Made by a program: the position numbers and the translations under genes. The notes beneath the pieces were generated by a model. It did not search any database, was not told the origin of the DNA, and saw only the letters and a program-made list of their open reading frames with translations. A stretch of DNA of 64,000 nt from an uncultured Candidatus Saccharibacteria bacterium (GTDB taxonomy: Bacteria > Patescibacteriota > Saccharimonadia > Saccharimonadales > Saccharimonadaceae), in the NCBI GenBank assembly GCA_963545865.1, contig CAUUJX010000005.1, positions 12,529 through 76,528 of the forward strand, given 5' to 3'. Of this stretch, positions 61,927-64,000 are shown in pieces. Position 1 is the stretch's first letter. Each line of letters opens with the position of its first letter.

Positions 61927-63549
61927 ATGAATGAAGATGAAGTCCAACAACGTCGTCGCCAGCAAGATGAGGCGTCGACCGAGCAACGCTCGCGCATTCT
62001 TGGCCTCAAATACCTCGATATGCGCCCTATCGAAGAGACGCTGCCACTAGCGCGCGACCTAATGACGATCGAGGAGATGCACAACCTCTATATGCTGCCG
62101 CTGACCGATGGTAATGAGCAGGAATCGTATCAGTTTGCCGTTACAACGCAGACGCCCCAGTCGGTCATTCAGCGGACACGGCGTACCTATCAAGACCAGG
62201 GGTTGCCTGTCGATTTTTATCTGATTAGCCTCAGCGCCTACCGCGTACTGATGAACCGCTTCGACCCGCCAAAGAAGATCGTCTATGACGACATTAAGAT
62301 TGCCAAAGCGGGTGATAGCGAAACAATTGCCGAGGTGAGCCAGACGCTTGGGCGAGTGAGCAGCGAGGAGGTTTTCGACTTCTTGATCAACCAGGCGGAT
62401 ATGCTCGGTGCGAGCGACATCCACATCGAGAATGAACGCCATGATATCCGAATTCGCCTCCGTGTCGATGGTGCGCTCCACCCGGTAGCGACGATTAGCC
62501 GCAGCCGCTACCGCGTGATCATGGGTGAGCTTGCCAGCCGAGCTGGTGTGTCGAGTGCTTCGATGGAGCCGCAGTCTGGCCACATCCAAAAGGACGTGAC
62601 GCATGGCAATGCGACGCATTTGCTCAACATCCGTGTTGAGACTGTGCCAACCATGTATGGGCAAGATGCCGTGCTGCGTCTCTTTAACTTCGATGAAAGC
62701 TTGCTCAATCTTGACCTGCTGGGTATCCCGCCCAAGCAGCGCCAGCAGATTGATGAAATCATCAGCCATCCGCGCGGCCTTGTGCTGATGGTTGGGCCAA
62801 CGGGCTCAGGTAAATCTACCACGCTTTACAGCATGCTCAATGCCCTCAACACGACTGATCGTAAGATTATTACACTAGAGGATCCAATCGAATATGGCCT
62901 GGCTGGCATCTCGCAGATCCCAATCAACACCACCGCCGGTGGAAGCTTTGGCGAGGGTTTGCGCAGCGTGCTTCGTCTCGATCCAGATGTGGTGATGGTA
63001 GGTGAGATCCGCGATGTCGATACGGCGCGCACTGCCATTCAAGCATCGATTACTGGCCACTTGGTGATGTCGAGCTTTCACGCCAATAGCAGTAGCGCGG
63101 CCTTTAGCCGAATGATCGACCTGATTGGCGTAAACCCGATTTTTGCCAGCGCTATCCGCCTTGTGGTAGCGCAGCGTTTGGTGCGGCGTCTCGTGGACGA
63201 AACCAAGGAAGCCTACGATCCAGACGATGCCACGCGGAGCTATGTCAAGCGAGTCCTGGCTGATATCCCTGAAGAGGTGGAGCATCCCGACCTCGACACC
63301 TTCAAGCTCTGGCGGCCAGTACCAAGCGATGATGCGCCGTTTGGCTACAAGGGTCGCATGGTGATTATGGAGCAGCTTATCGTGACCCCAGGTATTCAGA
63401 AGTTCATCCGCGGAGACTTTACCGACGTCCACCCAGACGTCATCGAAAAAGCCGCCCAGCGCGAAGGTATGCTCACTCTCGAACAGATTGGCGTATTAGC
63501 TGCCCTGCGCGGCGAGACAACGCTTGAGGAAGTCGGACGGGTGATATAA
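61927..63549 (+). CDS. pilB: type IV pilus assembly ATPase PilB (GspE family)
   Basis: ATG at 61927 with TGTTACACT 7 nt upstream. GSPII_E N-domain, Walker A GPTGSGKST, Asp box, Walker B (VVMVGEIRD), His box. Confidence 0.87.
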   Translation: MNEDEVQQRRRQQDEASTEQRSRILGLKYLDMRPIEETLPLARDLMTIEEMHNLYMLPLTDGNEQESYQFAVTTQTPQSVIQRTRRTYQDQGLPVDFYLISLSAYRVLMNRFDPPKKIVYDDIKIAKAGDSETIAEVSQTLGRVSSEEVFDFLINQADMLGASDIHIENERHDIRIRLRVDGALHPVATISRSRYRVIMGELASRAGVSSASMEPQSGHIQKDVTHGNATHLLNIRVETVPTMYGQDAVLRLFNFDESLLNLDLLGIPPKQRQQIDEIISHPRGLVLMVGPTGSGKSTTLYSMLNALNTTDRKIITLEDPIEYGLAGISQIPINTTAGGSFGEGLRSVLRLDPDVVMVGEIRDVDTARTAIQASITGHLVMSSFHANSSSAAFSRMIDLIGVNPIFASAIRLVVAQRLVRRLVDETKEAYDPDDATRSYVKRVLADIPEEVEHPDLDTFKLWRPVPSDDAPFGYKGRMVIMEQLIVTPGIQKFIRGDFTDVHPDVIEKAAQREGMLTLEQIGVLAALRGETTLEEVGRVI

Positions 63550-63668
63550 CACCACGACGGTGCACGCTTACTGTATATTCTCTCATTGAGATTATGCCTG
63601 TGCACCAAGTGAGGCGTGCTGGCTCATAACTTTGACGCCTATCATATATTCTGCTACGATAATAGCAC

Positions 63669-64000
63669 ATGTTGAAGCCGAATCGATTATCGAGCGAACA
63701 GTACCCTTCGCAAGAGCAGCCCGTGGGGGAGTGTAGCGAACAAGAGCTAACCGAAAAAGGGGCGTGTATTTATGCAGCGTTTGATGTTATGAATAGCGTC
63801 TTAGAAAAGATGGATAGCAAGGCAGCGCGCACTGGATCTTTTAAGAATGCTCTTGCCATATCTCTTGATAGTGCAGTGACAAGCATTGGTAAGTATCGAA
63901 TCGACCCGATCAATCTGACTGATCTCATGTCGCGCATTTATAATAACAACCCACACGATAAAGACGCGTGGAATTATACAAATCAGCGGCTATACCCAGA
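63669..64000 (+). CDS. 5' part of an unidentified CDS running off the window
   Basis: The frame is open from the ATG at 63669 to the last base (110 codons). TACGAT/GATAAT -10-like sequence just upstream. No motif recognised. Confidence 0.35.
   Translation, partial: MLKPNRLSSEQYPSQEQPVGECSEQELTEKGACIYAAFDVMNSVLEKMDSKAARTGSFKNALAISLDSAVTSIGKYRIDPINLTDLMSRIYNNNPHDKDAWNYTNQRLYP

Noticed and set aside
1-64000. CRISPR arrays, transposases, integrases, prophage blocks
   Set aside because: I scanned for regularly spaced direct repeats and for recombinase-like ORFs and found none. The only repeats are short ones: the 22-bp palindrome, the 15-bp inverted repeat and 9-mer duplicates.
1-64000. Alternative genetic code (UGA recoded, as in some CPR lineages)
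   Set aside because: Conserved genes are full length under the standard code, and several terminate at TGA at the expected position (nrdG, the flavoreductase, gatC). The single suspicious in-frame stop (51284) is TAG, not TGA.

Overview
Gene-dense chromosomal segment with about 60 CDS and 5 tRNA genes, all with encoded CCA. I saw no rRNA, CRISPR array, transposase or integrase. The standard genetic code fits: conserved genes are full length and several end in TGA. The content is housekeeping: leuS, pheS and pheT, gatCAB, dnaE, uvrB, rnc, nusB, rpsP, trmD, murF, a relA/spoT homologue, class III RNR nrdDG, trxB, ppa and galU. There is also a type IV pilin, a PilB ATPase and many small membrane proteins. 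Together this fits a reduced-genome Patescibacteria/CPR organism, plausibly Saccharibacteria-like; that assignment is inference, not proven here. Between the core operons sit visibly AT-richer accessory patches. Leads, best first: (1) a TM-anchored HNH nuclease between uvrB and gatC, split by one in-frame TAG (50519-51499). (2) An 8-kb accessory block that separates pheS from pheT onto opposite strands. It holds two inverted paralogous alpha/beta hydrolases bracketing an HXXEE-CPBP-PadR-DUF2812 cassette, plus a DUF6882-like/EXLDI/EVE trio. (3) A translationally coupled nrdD-nrdG-flavoreductase-4Cys operon behind tandem NrdR-like boxes. (4) A membrane-anchored protein with an Rx4H (HEPN-like) motif embedded in gatCAB. 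(5) A recurring TGnTATACT-type -10 box 6-10 nt upstream of about 19 start codons, implying widespread leaderless mRNAs. (6) Two candidate structured RNAs (4119-4246 and 61074-61316). All functional calls come from motif recognition by eye; no database search was possible.
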